Positions 7,054 to 16,987 of a stretch of 20,989 nucleotides of DNA are shown piece after piece. The notes under the pieces are model-generated. The model saw only the letters and a program-made list of their open reading frames with translations. It had not been told where the DNA came from and did no database searches. The position numbers and the translations under genes were made by a program. The first letter of the stretch is position 1. Every line of letters starts with the position of its first letter. Source of the stretch: Promethearchaeota archaeon Loki_b31 (lineage in GTDB: Archaea; Asgardarchaeota; Lokiarchaeia; Sigyniarchaeales; SOKP01); assembly GCA_005222975.1 (NCBI GenBank), contig NJBI01000055.1, positions 1 through 20,989 on the forward strand, given 5' to 3'.

Positions 7054-7713
7054 TTAAAATGATGGTGGATTGAAAATTATATTAAAAACTAAATAAATAC
7101 CAAAAATGATCATGAACGCACCGCAAACGATCAAAATATATTTATAGACTTTAGGATTTAAAGATTTCCCTCCATAATAGACGAAGGTAGAGATAGGCAA
7201 ATACCAAATCATATCTCCTAACTCGTGACCTATAAAAAACAATAATATACCAAGTGGATTTGCAAAGGAGATGTTGAAACTTAGCATAAAACCTAAGCCG
7301 ATAACTGCCCACCAAAACGTCCAAAATGGGTTTGATAAACTAACGACGATTCCTCCAATAAAGCTATTCCCCTTAAAGCCCTTTACTTTGTCCTCCTCGA
7401 AAGTGAAAGTTGCATCAAAATTAGTTTTTGATACATCTCTTATAACAACTACTCCGAAAACTACTAAAAAAAAACCTCCAATAGTTCCTACTAACATTAG
7501 AAAAACGATATTTTGAAAAAAGAAGGATGTTCCAGCAAGTAAAGCAATGATTAGCACGAATTCGATTGTAGCGTGGCCCAAAACGATATAAATACCCGCT
7601 AAATAACCCCTTTTTTGCTTAAGCGATTTATAAACAGTAAATGTCAAAAGTGGTCCTGGAGATAGGGCTCCAGTTAACGCTATTAAGAACGAAAAGACGA
7701 GAATTTCTATCAT
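7054..7713 (-). CDS. LysE-family translocator
   Basis: ALSPGPL, G...GH, GxxVSLSNP.W..WW motifs; about 6 TM helices. Confidence 0.88.
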   Translation of the reverse strand: MIEILVFSFLIALTGALSPGPLLTFTVYKSLKQKRGYLAGIYIVLGHATIEFVLIIALLAGTSFFFQNIVFLMLVGTIGGFFLVVFGVVVIRDVSKTNFDATFTFEEDKVKGFKGNSFIGGIVVSLSNPFWTFWWAVIGLGFMLSFNISFANPLGILLFFIGHELGDMIWYLPISTFVYYGGKSLNPKVYKYILIVCGAFMIIFGIYLVFNIIFNPPSF

Positions 7714-7738
7714 ATTGATGGATAAATCAATATTAACT

Positions 7739-8332
7739 TTATTGCGGCAAGAATTTAGTGAGATAATACATGATAATCACAAAAACAATCAAGATAGGGA
7801 TCATATATACTAAAAACATGTAAGAGCCCTTAATCATCTCTCTTCGGAATGATTTTAGACCTTTTTCCCAATCTCTTTTCGTTTGCTTATGCCAATTATT
7901 TATATCTAGGTTAATTTTCTGTTTTCTCGCTTCCCATTGTTCCTTATTCTCGATTTGTCTTTTCTCTAAATCAACAGTCCATTCTTTTATTTTATTATCC
8001 CATGTTTCTTGAGTATTTTTGAAAAACGCGTTAATTTTTCCTAAGTTGTTATCCCACAATTCTTTGTTATCTTTGTGAGTTTTTTTGAATTCTGTGCCCC
8101 ACTCTGTCATTGTAACATCCCAGTTTTCCTTAGCATCCTTAAGGAATTTATTAATCTTTTCTTGATTTTGATTCCATGACTCAGTATTTTTACTAGTGAT
8201 TCCTTCAATACTTTTTTGGAATTTATTGTATCCTTCTGTAATGCTAGAAACAAAATTGTTCCAACCCTTAAATATTAAGTTCTCTATTGGTTTGGTCTCC
8301 TCAATATTTTCTTTTTTTTCTTTTTCAGACAT
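7739..8332 (-). CDS. Tail-anchored membrane protein with Trp-rich 40-aa tandem helical repeats
   Basis: Repeats NTESW..KIN.F.K...E.WD....EW and NKELW..KIN.F.K...E.WD....EW, plus a partial NKEQW..KIN; one hydrophobic helix at the C-terminus. Confidence 0.75.
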   Translation of the reverse strand: MSEKEKKENIEETKPIENLIFKGWNNFVSSITEGYNKFQKSIEGITSKNTESWNQNQEKINKFLKDAKENWDVTMTEWGTEFKKTHKDNKELWDNNLGKINAFFKNTQETWDNKIKEWTVDLEKRQIENKEQWEARKQKINLDINNWHKQTKRDWEKGLKSFRREMIKGSYMFLVYMIPILIVFVIIMYYLTKFLPQ

Positions 8333-8462
8333 TTTTAGATTTTATTCTAGTTAATTTAAAATTTTTAATTCTTTTCAATATAATATAAGAATTCTCTTTA
8401 ATAAAATACTAGTGAAATCAGATTAAAACCTTATATTCCATAAATAATTACATTTGATAATC

Positions 8463-9842
8463 ATGGAATTTGAAATTATTAAAAAAACTCCTCTCTATAA
8501 AGCTTTATCAGAGCTAGGAAAACGTATTTATTTACCTCAAGGCGTTTTTTATTGGGCTGGTAGAGCAAAAAAGGAAGCAGAAATAATGGGTACTCTTGGG
8601 TCTGCTTTCGGATACGAAAAAGATTTTATTGAAGGAGGCACTTCTGAATGGGTTCCTTGTTATTTAGAAGATATTAAGAATTATACCAAGCTTAATATAA
8701 ATGAGATCGTACCATATCCTAAAATCTCTGGGCTTGAAGGTTTAAAAACAATCTGGAAGAATTGGATCATTGAAAAATCGCTTATCAATAAAACCATAGA
8801 AAAAGAAAGGTTAAATAGACTTGAAAATTATATTTCAACGCCAGTGATAACATCGGGTTTGACAAATGGAATATTTTTCTGCTGTAGTTTGCTCCTGAAT
8901 TCAGGAGATTACATTATTTCTCCAAATAAAAGATGGGGAAACTACGATAACATTATTGAAAAACTACTTGGTGCAAAAATTAAATCTTTTGAATTTTTTA
9001 TTAAGAGTAAATTTAATGTTCAAGGATTAAAAGACGCTATTTACGAAGTTCCAAAAATTCAAGAAAAAATTGTTCTTATTTTAGGTTTTCCTAATAACCC
9101 TACGGGATATATTCCCAAAAAGGAAGAACTTGAGGAAATTATTAATGTTTTAAGACTAGCTCAAAAAGATATTTCAAAACCTATTATTGTACTTGTTGAC
9201 GATGCTTACGAGCCATACATCTATTCTAATAATGTAATAAATCGCTCAGTTTTTTATGACTTACACGATTTAGAAGAGGATATAATTCCTATTAAAATAG
9301 ATGGTATAACTAAGGAATTTCTAATGTATGGCGGACGTATTGGGTTCGTTACGATTGGATTAAAACCAAGCTGGGTAAACAGCGAAGAAGAACTAGATAT
9401 TTTAAAAACAGAGATTAATAACAAATTATCTGGTTTAATTAGAACTACGATTTCAAATTCTAATCATTTTTATCAAAGCCTAATTATAAATCTCTTTAAG
9501 GATGTCGGAACGGATGGTTTAATTAAAAAAAGAGATAAAATAAAAGTTCTCCTTAAAGCAAGATACGAAAAAATTAATGCTGAATTTAGAAAAATAAAAA
9601 ACTCTGATATTTCAGTAGATCCAAACGCAGGAGGTTTCTTCGTTTTTGTAAATCTAAACCCTAAAAAATTTCGCGCAAACGATTTTGCTGATCACCTTTT
9701 AAAAAAATATAAAGTAGGTGTCATTCCCATAGAAAAACCAAATGATAACATTAACGGAATACGAATTGCATATTGTTCTATTGATCTTACACAGATTACT
9801 GAATTCGTTAACCGAATTAACCTTGCACTTGTAGATTATTAA
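8463..9842 (+). CDS. PLP-dependent aminotransferase, class I/II
   Basis: FPNNPTGY, DDAY, DGITKE (PLP Lys), GGRIG, GGFF and IRIAY motifs. The ATG at 8463 is preferred to the TTG at 8454. Confidence 0.9.
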   Translation: MEFEIIKKTPLYKALSELGKRIYLPQGVFYWAGRAKKEAEIMGTLGSAFGYEKDFIEGGTSEWVPCYLEDIKNYTKLNINEIVPYPKISGLEGLKTIWKNWIIEKSLINKTIEKERLNRLENYISTPVITSGLTNGIFFCCSLLLNSGDYIISPNKRWGNYDNIIEKLLGAKIKSFEFFIKSKFNVQGLKDAIYEVPKIQEKIVLILGFPNNPTGYIPKKEELEEIINVLRLAQKDISKPIIVLVDDAYEPYIYSNNVINRSVFYDLHDLEEDIIPIKIDGITKEFLMYGGRIGFVTIGLKPSWVNSEEELDILKTEINNKLSGLIRTTISNSNHFYQSLIINLFKDVGTDGLIKKRDKIKVLLKARYEKINAEFRKIKNSDISVDPNAGGFFVFVNLNPKKFRANDFADHLLKKYKVGVIPIEKPNDNINGIRIAYCSIDLTQITEFVNRINLALVDY

Positions 9843-9966
9843 TCGAACCCAGATGTTTTTTACATATTATATCATTTGACCTAGTTATTTTTTGCAAGTA
9901 ATTAAAAAGATTGAGTTTATATTTAATATAAAAATTTAAAAAAAATTCTACTTGAGGAGTATTTTA

Positions 9967-10983
9967 TTGAAATTATATTTAGTCGAACAAGGTAATTTAA
10001 AAGAAATTAAGAAACCAGTGTTTAGTACCGGAGACACATACATCGTGGACGACGATAAAACAATTTACGTGTGGATAGGAAGTAAATGTAGCGTAGACGA
10101 AAAGACAGCTGGGGCAGCACAAGCTCGAACTTTGGACCAACAACGGGGTGGAGCAGCAAAAATAATAACTATTGACCAAAATCAAGAAACATCTGATTTT
10201 ATGAAATCAATAAATGCTATGGGCACTATGAAGGTTGTTGAGAAGAATTACGCAAAAACTCTTCTCAAAGATGTATCTACGGGGGATTTTGCTGGATTCT
10301 CAGAGTGGAAGAATATTATGTATCGCGTTTCGGCTGAAGAGTTTGATGGAATTAACACTATGAAAATGATTCAAGTCCCATTCACTAAAGATTCTTTAGA
10401 TTCAGAAGATTGTTTTATTGCTGATTTAGGTAATAAAGTTTACATCTGGCAAGGAAGTACGTGCAATGTAAAAGAAAAAGTTAAAGCGGGTCAATGGGCT
10501 AGACACATTGATGCTGAGAGAGCTGGTGCCCAAAATGAAAAGATCTTTGAAGAAGGGGACGATAGCGAATTTCTCGCAGCGATAGATAGAGGGGTGGATT
10601 ACAAAGAATCGGACGCCGTCCAATTAAGAGCGGAATCAGTGTTGGAACCCGAAACAGAAGCCGATAAAGCCGCAGCAGGAATTCAACCAGAACTCAAATC
10701 AGAAGTTAAAGATGTCACTCCTGACGAAATAAAAGCTGATATTGCCCAAATTAAGGCAGTAAGTGCCTCTAGCGCCAGTCCTGGAATCCCTGGACGAGAT
10801 GACGATTCTATTTTAACCGTTGAAAAACCTGAAGGACGTAGAAGGTGTCCAAAATGTAACACCGAAAATAAGATGATGATCCACGAAACCGTTGATAAAA
10901 GCAACATAATTCTGGATTACCCGCGAGTGTACGGCAAGAAATACCGTTGCGGAGAGTGTGGTCAAGAGTGGCGTGAAAAATAA
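9967..10983 (+). CDS. Two-domain gelsolin (Asgard 2DGel-like) with an acidic linker and a C-terminal zinc ribbon
   Basis: Two gelsolin repeats: FSTGDTYIVD..IYVWIGSKCSVDEK and LDSEDCFIAD..VYIWQGSTCNVKEK. C-terminal CPKC...CGECG. GAGGAG RBS precedes the TTG at 9967. Confidence 0.88.
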   Translation: MKLYLVEQGNLKEIKKPVFSTGDTYIVDDDKTIYVWIGSKCSVDEKTAGAAQARTLDQQRGGAAKIITIDQNQETSDFMKSINAMGTMKVVEKNYAKTLLKDVSTGDFAGFSEWKNIMYRVSAEEFDGINTMKMIQVPFTKDSLDSEDCFIADLGNKVYIWQGSTCNVKEKVKAGQWARHIDAERAGAQNEKIFEEGDDSEFLAAIDRGVDYKESDAVQLRAESVLEPETEADKAAAGIQPELKSEVKDVTPDEIKADIAQIKAVSASSASPGIPGRDDDSILTVEKPEGRRRCPKCNTENKMMIHETVDKSNIILDYPRVYGKKYRCGECGQEWREK

Positions 10984-11044
10984 GCACGAATTTGATTCAA
11001 TTTTTTTATCTTTTTTTAATTTTACAGTAAGAATTTTAAAAGGT

Positions 11045-12322
11045 TTAAGATTTTTTAATATCTCTACGCATAACTTTAATTTTTTTCTTTAACTCAACTA
11101 TCTCACTATCTTTGGCTTCGTATTTGGATTCAAGCTTTAGTTTTTCGTCCTTAACTTTTTGCATTTCGGTTAGAATCCTGTCTTCGATTTGTTCTGTCTC
11201 GAATAACTTGTCTTTTAATTTTTTTCCATTTTCCCTCAAGCCTTTTATTTCGGCTATTTGTTCGTCAATGACATTTCTTAAATTTATTATTTCTAATTCG
11301 AGTTTCCCAGTTGTATTGCCAGATTTTTCCTGGGATTCTTCTAATCTCGATTGAATTTGATTGATAAATTCTTCATTTGTTATATTTTTTTGAGTTAATT
11401 TTTCAATCTCTAGCACTAAATTATTAATCCGTTCTTCTTTTTTCTCTACATCTTTTTTTACTAAACTGAAAGTTTCAAGTTTCTGTTGCATATCTTTTAT
11501 AGAATGATTGTAAGATTGTTGCGAGCTTTCAAGTTTAAAGATTTCTTTTTCTTTTTCAGTAATAATTTCGTCTTTCTTCTCTACTAATATCGAGACTTTT
11601 TCGAATTTTGATTTTTGAACCGTATCATTTTCTAAATATTGGAGTTGTTCCATCATTTCTTTAATTTTGTTGTCTTTTTCTTGTAGTCGTTCAACTAACC
11701 CTTTACTCGCTGATTCCTCGGACTTTAATTTTTCTAATTCTGAAGTAAGGTTTTGAATTTTCTGATTTTGATCGCTAATAACATCATTTAACTCGTTGTT
11801 CTTGTTAGTTTGTTCTTGGATTGTTTGGTTTTTTTCTTTACTCGAGAAATCTAATTCTTGAATTTCTTGGTTTTTATCTCCTAATTGAGATTTTAGCGTT
11901 TCAATTTCTTGTTCTTTACTCTCGATTGAACTACTTATCTCTGAATCCTTTATTGTGGCATCGCTTAATAACTGAATTTTTGATTCGAGCTCATTTATAA
12001 TCTCATCTTTTTGAACAACTATTTGAAGGATGTCTTCTATAGTTGAATTGGTTTCATTAGTCAATTGAAGGGCTTTTTCTTTTTCTTGAGAGAGAGCATC
12101 AGACGCTATCTTAAGACTTTCGTTTTCTTCTTTAAGCTTACTGATTTCTTCGTTTAGTTGTTTATTCTGTTCTATAAAGAGATTCAATTGCTCTGTGAGC
12201 TTATCTTCTTCGGAAAGGGGGGTTTCCTCTTCCAAACCTTTCTCTTCAATCCAACCAAGTGAACTTAACGCTTCTACCATCGACGCATCTTCTTCTTTTT
12301 GATCTCTCTGTTCCTCTGCCAT
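11045..12322 (-). CDS. Long coiled-coil protein
   Basis: 425 aa of E/K/Q/L-rich heptads; no catalytic motifs seen. Confidence 0.8.
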   Translation of the reverse strand: MAEEQRDQKEEDASMVEALSSLGWIEEKGLEEETPLSEEDKLTEQLNLFIEQNKQLNEEISKLKEENESLKIASDALSQEKEKALQLTNETNSTIEDILQIVVQKDEIINELESKIQLLSDATIKDSEISSSIESKEQEIETLKSQLGDKNQEIQELDFSSKEKNQTIQEQTNKNNELNDVISDQNQKIQNLTSELEKLKSEESASKGLVERLQEKDNKIKEMMEQLQYLENDTVQKSKFEKVSILVEKKDEIITEKEKEIFKLESSQQSYNHSIKDMQQKLETFSLVKKDVEKKEERINNLVLEIEKLTQKNITNEEFINQIQSRLEESQEKSGNTTGKLELEIINLRNVIDEQIAEIKGLRENGKKLKDKLFETEQIEDRILTEMQKVKDEKLKLESKYEAKDSEIVELKKKIKVMRRDIKKS

Positions 12323-12503
12323 AATATTATAAACAATTTTTGTTCTATTAAATTTTTCTAGTTGTAATTAAAATTATAATTTTGTTAAAATGAAAATTGT
12401 TAATCAGAATTAAACCAAACTATATTACATTAACTTTAGGCATCATTATTGTCATAAATTTTTAACATGAAATCAAAAAATTCTGATTAGCTTTTAATGC
12501 TTG

Positions 12504-12983
12504 TTAGTATTCTTTTGTGAAGACATATTTTTTGTCCAGAAAGAACTTTGTAATATAACCAATAGATAAAGCGACTACAAAACTAACTTCTAAAGGTGCA
12601 TTGAAAAGGTTGGTTAAGATAAATTGAATTCCTATGTTTAATATTGTTGTTAAGATAGCGAATCCAAAGTACTTAAAAAACTCCTGTGAAGTTTCCTTTA
12701 TTTTTAAGCTTGATTTTTTGAAAACTATATACTTATCTAGAAAAAATTTAATTATGTACGTAATCCCTACGGCTGCAATCGAGCCTATTAATTCAGGCAT
12801 ATTATATGGACTAGTAGAGCAATAAAACAATTGGAAAAACTCTATGCTTCCAAAACTTCCACAGATAAAAGGTGCTATAACAATTTGGTTTGTCTTTTGA
12901 ATAATATAGTTTAGCATAATCATACAAGCGGCAAAAATAAAATAGAGTGCCATTTGCTTTTTAACATTATTTTGATCTTCCAT
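12504..12983 (-). CDS. GtrA-family membrane protein
   Basis: Internal duplication KFFLDKYIVF / KFFLDKKYVF, the FFKYF motif and 4 TM helices. Confidence 0.8.
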   Translation of the reverse strand: MEDQNNVKKQMALYFIFAACMIMLNYIIQKTNQIVIAPFICGSFGSIEFFQLFYCSTSPYNMPELIGSIAAVGITYIIKFFLDKYIVFKKSSLKIKETSQEFFKYFGFAILTTILNIGIQFILTNLFNAPLEVSFVVALSIGYITKFFLDKKYVFTKEY

Positions 12984-13038
12984 ATTTTAAATCAATCTAA
13001 AATTAGTAGAATGTTCAAAATTAATTTTCCAATTTAAG

Positions 13039-13644
13039 TCATTTTTTAATACGGTTTTTCCAAGATTCTTCTTGTTCATCGACATATCCTCGTTCCTGAA
13101 TTGGTTCGTTAATATGTCTTGTTAACTGAATAACGCTTTCGGAGTCCTCTGATTTGGGTGATACCATTCCTAATATTGATGGTTTAATACGTTTAACTTC
13201 TTTACCAGTCAGTTTTCTATACAATCTCTTAAACCCATAAAGAATTAAGCTAAAAGTTATTGAGAACAAGAAGTATACGGCAAACCATCCATTTCCTAAA
13301 AATGAGATTTGAAACTGAAGAAGTCCTTTCTCATAATCAGCATATACAATTCCAAGGACAGCAAACATTCCCATAAAAATAAGGCATCTTACACAAGACG
13401 GAATCATTTGCTTTTTCATTATTATTTTTGTTAGCTCCATTGATTCTCGTTGTAGTTCTAGCATTATTTGAGCGTTTCCAGTAAGTTGAGCCGTTCTCAT
13501 TCGTTCTCGTAAGTTATTTGATTTTTCTCTTAGTTCTTTTGTGGCATCCGCATTTACGCCCATTATTCTATTAAGAAGCTCGCCTACACCAATCATTGCG
13601 ATCGTAATAAGCATTATTCCGATAATAATTTCTTCGTTTGCCAT
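13039..13644 (-). CDS. EMC3/TMCO1/Get1-like (DUF106, Oxa1 superfamily) membrane protein
   Basis: TM1, a cytosolic coiled coil, then KQMIP, TM2 and GWFAVYFLFS TM3, which is the typical DUF106 topology. Confidence 0.75.
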   Translation of the reverse strand: MANEEIIIGIMLITIAMIGVGELLNRIMGVNADATKELREKSNNLRERMRTAQLTGNAQIMLELQRESMELTKIIMKKQMIPSCVRCLIFMGMFAVLGIVYADYEKGLLQFQISFLGNGWFAVYFLFSITFSLILYGFKRLYRKLTGKEVKRIKPSILGMVSPKSEDSESVIQLTRHINEPIQERGYVDEQEESWKNRIKK

Positions 13645-13752
13645 TATTCCTCACTATTATAAGAAAAACACAATTTTAAATAAATTTTATTATCTCAATT
13701 TAGGAATTAAGATTTTCAACTAAAAATAACAAAGGATGAATATTTGAACCTA

Positions 13753-14817
13753 TTATCTTAAATTTCCTTTCAGATAACCTTGAATATATTTAGCGTATAA
13801 TGTTTTCCATGTTGTTGGGAGACTTGAGGCAATAGCACATCCCAAACGACACTTATCGCAAAAATCATAGGTGTCGTGCTGCTTCATTATTTCTCTTACT
13901 TCACTTGAGTAATAGATGTTATTAATTGTATCTTTTAATGCGTTAAAGCTTTTTATAGGGTGAATTTTGCATGGATAATCTATGAAACCATCGTACCTCA
14001 CAAATAAATAAGCTTCTGCTACGTGACATCGCAAACTCGTTTGATGATATTCTGGAGCTCCTCCAAAGCCTCCCTTTTCTACAACATTAATACTAATAGG
14101 GTCGGTTAAGATATTTTTATATTTAGATCTTAAAGAATGAAGTAATTTTGCCCAAACTGAAAGATCGGGAATCATATCTTCTATATTATTAATTTTATAT
14201 TGTAAATTTCGATGATCTCTTATGATATCTTCGCACGGAAATAATTCTATCGAACAATTTAGGTTTTCGGCCAATTCACAGATATTTTCAAGAAATTGTA
14301 TGTTGTCTTTCATAACAACGGTGCTAATTATAACACTTATGTCTCTTTTATTTGATAAAGCTATTGTTTCCATAACTCTATCAAAAACTTTAATTCCTCG
14401 CTTTTTATCGTGTAATTCTGCTGTAGGGTAATCGAGAGAAAGTAATATGTAATCTAAGCCCTCTAACCTACTTTTTTCCTTTAATAATTGAGGCATTAAA
14501 TATCCATTTGTCGCGATTCCATTCATAAAATCGTGAATAACTCCCGCGTGATAGACTAATTCTGGAAGATCTTTCCTTAGCGTTGGTTCGCCTCCGGTAA
14601 AAGAAAGTGCGTTAACCCCCAATTCAGAGATTTGATCAATTAACGATATTATCTTGTGTGTAGACATCTCATTAGATTTAAAGCGCTTTGGTATCAAATG
14701 AATTGAACAAAAAGGACAAATCGCATTACATCTTAGCGTGAGTTCAATTTGTGCCGAATACGGTACTTTTTTATTAGTGAATTTGTTCAGGGTGAAATTT
14801 CGAATATATCTGAGCAA
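13753..14817 (-). CDS. Radical SAM protein with a SPASM/Twitch-like C-terminal domain
   Basis: CNAICPFC (CxxxCxxC), FTGGEPTLR, TNG; C-terminal C..DG...PC..CDKC...C. The start may lie further upstream at 14841. Confidence 0.9.
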   Translation of the reverse strand: MLRYIRNFTLNKFTNKKVPYSAQIELTLRCNAICPFCSIHLIPKRFKSNEMSTHKIISLIDQISELGVNALSFTGGEPTLRKDLPELVYHAGVIHDFMNGIATNGYLMPQLLKEKSRLEGLDYILLSLDYPTAELHDKKRGIKVFDRVMETIALSNKRDISVIISTVVMKDNIQFLENICELAENLNCSIELFPCEDIIRDHRNLQYKINNIEDMIPDLSVWAKLLHSLRSKYKNILTDPISINVVEKGGFGGAPEYHQTSLRCHVAEAYLFVRYDGFIDYPCKIHPIKSFNALKDTINNIYYSSEVREIMKQHDTYDFCDKCRLGCAIASSLPTTWKTLYAKYIQGYLKGNLR

Positions 14818-15023
14818 ATTTTTTACTCTTATTGGAGGGATTTTATTTCACCTTGATGTGATATATAACTTGTTATGAACTATTATCATGTAGTTGTGTT
14901 AGAATTAAAAAGATAACCAAAAGAAACAATCGTAAAAAAGCGATAGTTTTTTGACAAGCAAGAAAGATTTCATAGATTTAAATAAATAAAAAAAGATTAA
15001 AAAAATACTGTTTTAATTTAGAA

Positions 15024-15359
15024 TTAAGCTTCAGTTCCACAACTTTTGCAGATATATCTTTTAGCATATATCTTCATTCCGCCTTGTTGGAATAGCACTT
15101 GAGTTTTATCTTCTTCAGTATTAAATGAAGTCCCCCCACAAGCTGGACAAACCCTTCTCCCTTCAACTGGTGGCTTCTCTATAGCCTTTTGTTCTTCCTC
15201 TTGCTTTTCAACTACAGCAGAAGGTTTCACATATCCTTCCCCCGTTGAAGCTACTGCTCTCGTTCCAACTCCTCCAGATCTTTTGGTATCTAAAAGTTTA
15301 TCAAGTTTTTCATCTATTTTTTCTAGTAAATTAAATATTTTTTCTTCGAATTCAGACAA
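15024..15359 (-). CDS. Small protein with an N-terminal coiled coil and a C-terminal zinc ribbon similar to the gelsolin tail domain
   Basis: EGRRVCPACG...DKTQVL....KIYAKRYICKSCG; GAGGAG RBS upstream of the TTG start. Confidence 0.8.
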   Translation of the reverse strand: MSEFEEKIFNLLEKIDEKLDKLLDTKRSGGVGTRAVASTGEGYVKPSAVVEKQEEEQKAIEKPPVEGRRVCPACGGTSFNTEEDKTQVLFQQGGMKIYAKRYICKSCGTEA

Positions 15360-15492
15360 TTAAACATCTCCTCACTAATTATTTTTTTGAAATAATATTT
15401 TTTATTAAATGATCTAAGGTCGATAATAAATATTTTTGTAAAAAGAATTCTTGTCTTAAATAAATAGTCAATTAAAGAAAATAAGTTAAAAA

Positions 15493-15774
15493 TTAGCTTA
15501 TTATTGGAGTTTTCAATTTCTTTCTTACTGGTCCATCTGATGAAAAATTCTTTGCTTTGTAATAAGTATAAATTCCTACACCGATTACAAATAAGGATAG
15601 AAATAAATAACCAAACCAAAAAGTAATTCCTATTACGAAAGAGGTAAAATTTGTAACTCCACCACCAGGTAAGCTAAAGAAGAATATGCCAAATAGAGCT
15701 GAAATTGAGCAGATAGTACCACATATACAATCAAAATAAATTGATATTCTTTCAGATTTTAGATCTTTATACAT
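15493..15774 (-). CDS. Hypothetical small membrane protein (2 TM helices)
   Basis: 93-aa ORF with two hydrophobic segments and a basic tail. Confidence 0.6.
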   Translation of the reverse strand: MYKDLKSERISIYFDCICGTICSISALFGIFFFSLPGGGVTNFTSFVIGITFWFGYLFLSLFVIGVGIYTYYKAKNFSSDGPVRKKLKTPIIS

Positions 15775-16060
15775 AGGTCTTATTCTATCGTTTTATAAAA
15801 TATATAAATTAGAATATTTAAAATTGGGGTAATAAAAATTTTAGTTAAAAGAAAATAATAATAATAAATTAAATAAACAGATTACCTCTTATTTTATTAC
15901 AACAAAAATTCCGAATCATCTGAAGTTCTCATAGATATATCTTAGAAATAATTTTTTTCCGAGAATTAGAATTTCTAGAAGAAATAATTAAGAATATCTT
16001 TATTGTGGAAGAGAGAGAGAATTAATTATTATATTCTTGTAATGAGATTTTAGTGTAAGG

Positions 16061-16516
16061 TTAAAATTCTCTCCTTTTTCCCTCTAAAGATTCAAAATAA
16101 TCGAGTACTGACTCTCTTATTTCAACGGCAGGAAAAATTAGTCTTGATTTATTTATGTAGTCCATGGCATTGTTCCAACTCCATGTGGGGTTTTCCTTTA
16201 AAATCCACGCTACGATAAGTCCTCCACTTCGAGATATCCCCATAGCACAATGTACTAAAACCTTTCCATCTTTTACGTGTTGATCGATAAAGGATAATAT
16301 CTCTTCTATATAACTGTGTGGTGGGTACCAATCGTCGGGAAACCCTTTGTAAAGGTAGGTAAATCCTAAGCGTGTTGGATCGTAAAAATTTTCTTCCATT
16401 AAGTTTATTATAGCCGTAATCCCAATTTCTTTAAACTTTTCGAAGTTTAATCTTGGCCAATAAGCACCTATATACAAATTATCGTGAACCTTATAAATTT
16501 GATCTAATTCAACCAT
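16061..16516 (-). CDS. Dual-specificity protein phosphatase
   Basis: Active-site VLVHCAMGISRS (HCx5R), LYIG, GITAIINL and the PDD general-acid loop. Confidence 0.92.
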   Translation of the reverse strand: MVELDQIYKVHDNLYIGAYWPRLNFEKFKEIGITAIINLMEENFYDPTRLGFTYLYKGFPDDWYPPHSYIEEILSFIDQHVKDGKVLVHCAMGISRSGGLIVAWILKENPTWSWNNAMDYINKSRLIFPAVEIRESVLDYFESLEGKRREF

Positions 16517-16585
16517 TGTAATACCCCCAAAGCTCTTTTGAGATAATTACTAAATATTTTCAGTTTCATTTTACAAAAAAAAGCC

Positions 16586-16966
16586 TTAATATTTTCCTAA
16601 ATCTCTGCTAGCAATAATATTAACATCTAATTCAAGTATATTTTCTATGAGAATATCCCCCATTTTAATTGGCGCTTTTACTTCAACTTGAGCGATCTCG
16701 TTTAATGTCTCTCTTAATTTATCTTTTAGAATTGGTTTATTACTTCTTACTGGGATTAAAGGTAAGAACCCATTCTCCACCCTAATTGTCGTTGTAAGGA
16801 TTCTCTTAGGGGCGTAATATTCTTGCTCTGCGTATTCCAATCCTCTCTTACAAGTGTACCCTTCAAATGATATTTCAGAACCCTTTGAAATCGCTTTTAT
16901 TTGGCAACCAGTGGGACATACGATACATCTAATAACTTTTACAACGCTTACACTACTTTCACTCAT
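16586..16966 (-). CDS. DUF1667-type Cys-rich small subunit of a G3PDH-like complex
   Basis: CIVCPTGC, GYTCKRG..YA..E..P.R.LTTT; last gene of the oxidoreductase operon. Confidence 0.85.
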   Translation of the reverse strand: MSESSVSVVKVIRCIVCPTGCQIKAISKGSEISFEGYTCKRGLEYAEQEYYAPKRILTTTIRVENGFLPLIPVRSNKPILKDKLRETLNEIAQVEVKAPIKMGDILIENILELDVNIIASRDLGKY

Positions 16967-16987
16967 TATTTAACTCACCTATGATTT

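Noticed and set aside
11045-12322. SMC, ESCRT or intermediate-filament assignment for the coiled-coil protein
   Set aside because: No Walker motifs, hinge or other diagnostic signature; generic heptads cannot support a family call.
15323-15619. 98-aa minus-strand ORF
   Set aside because: Overlaps two better-supported genes in another frame and runs through AT-rich intergenic DNA.
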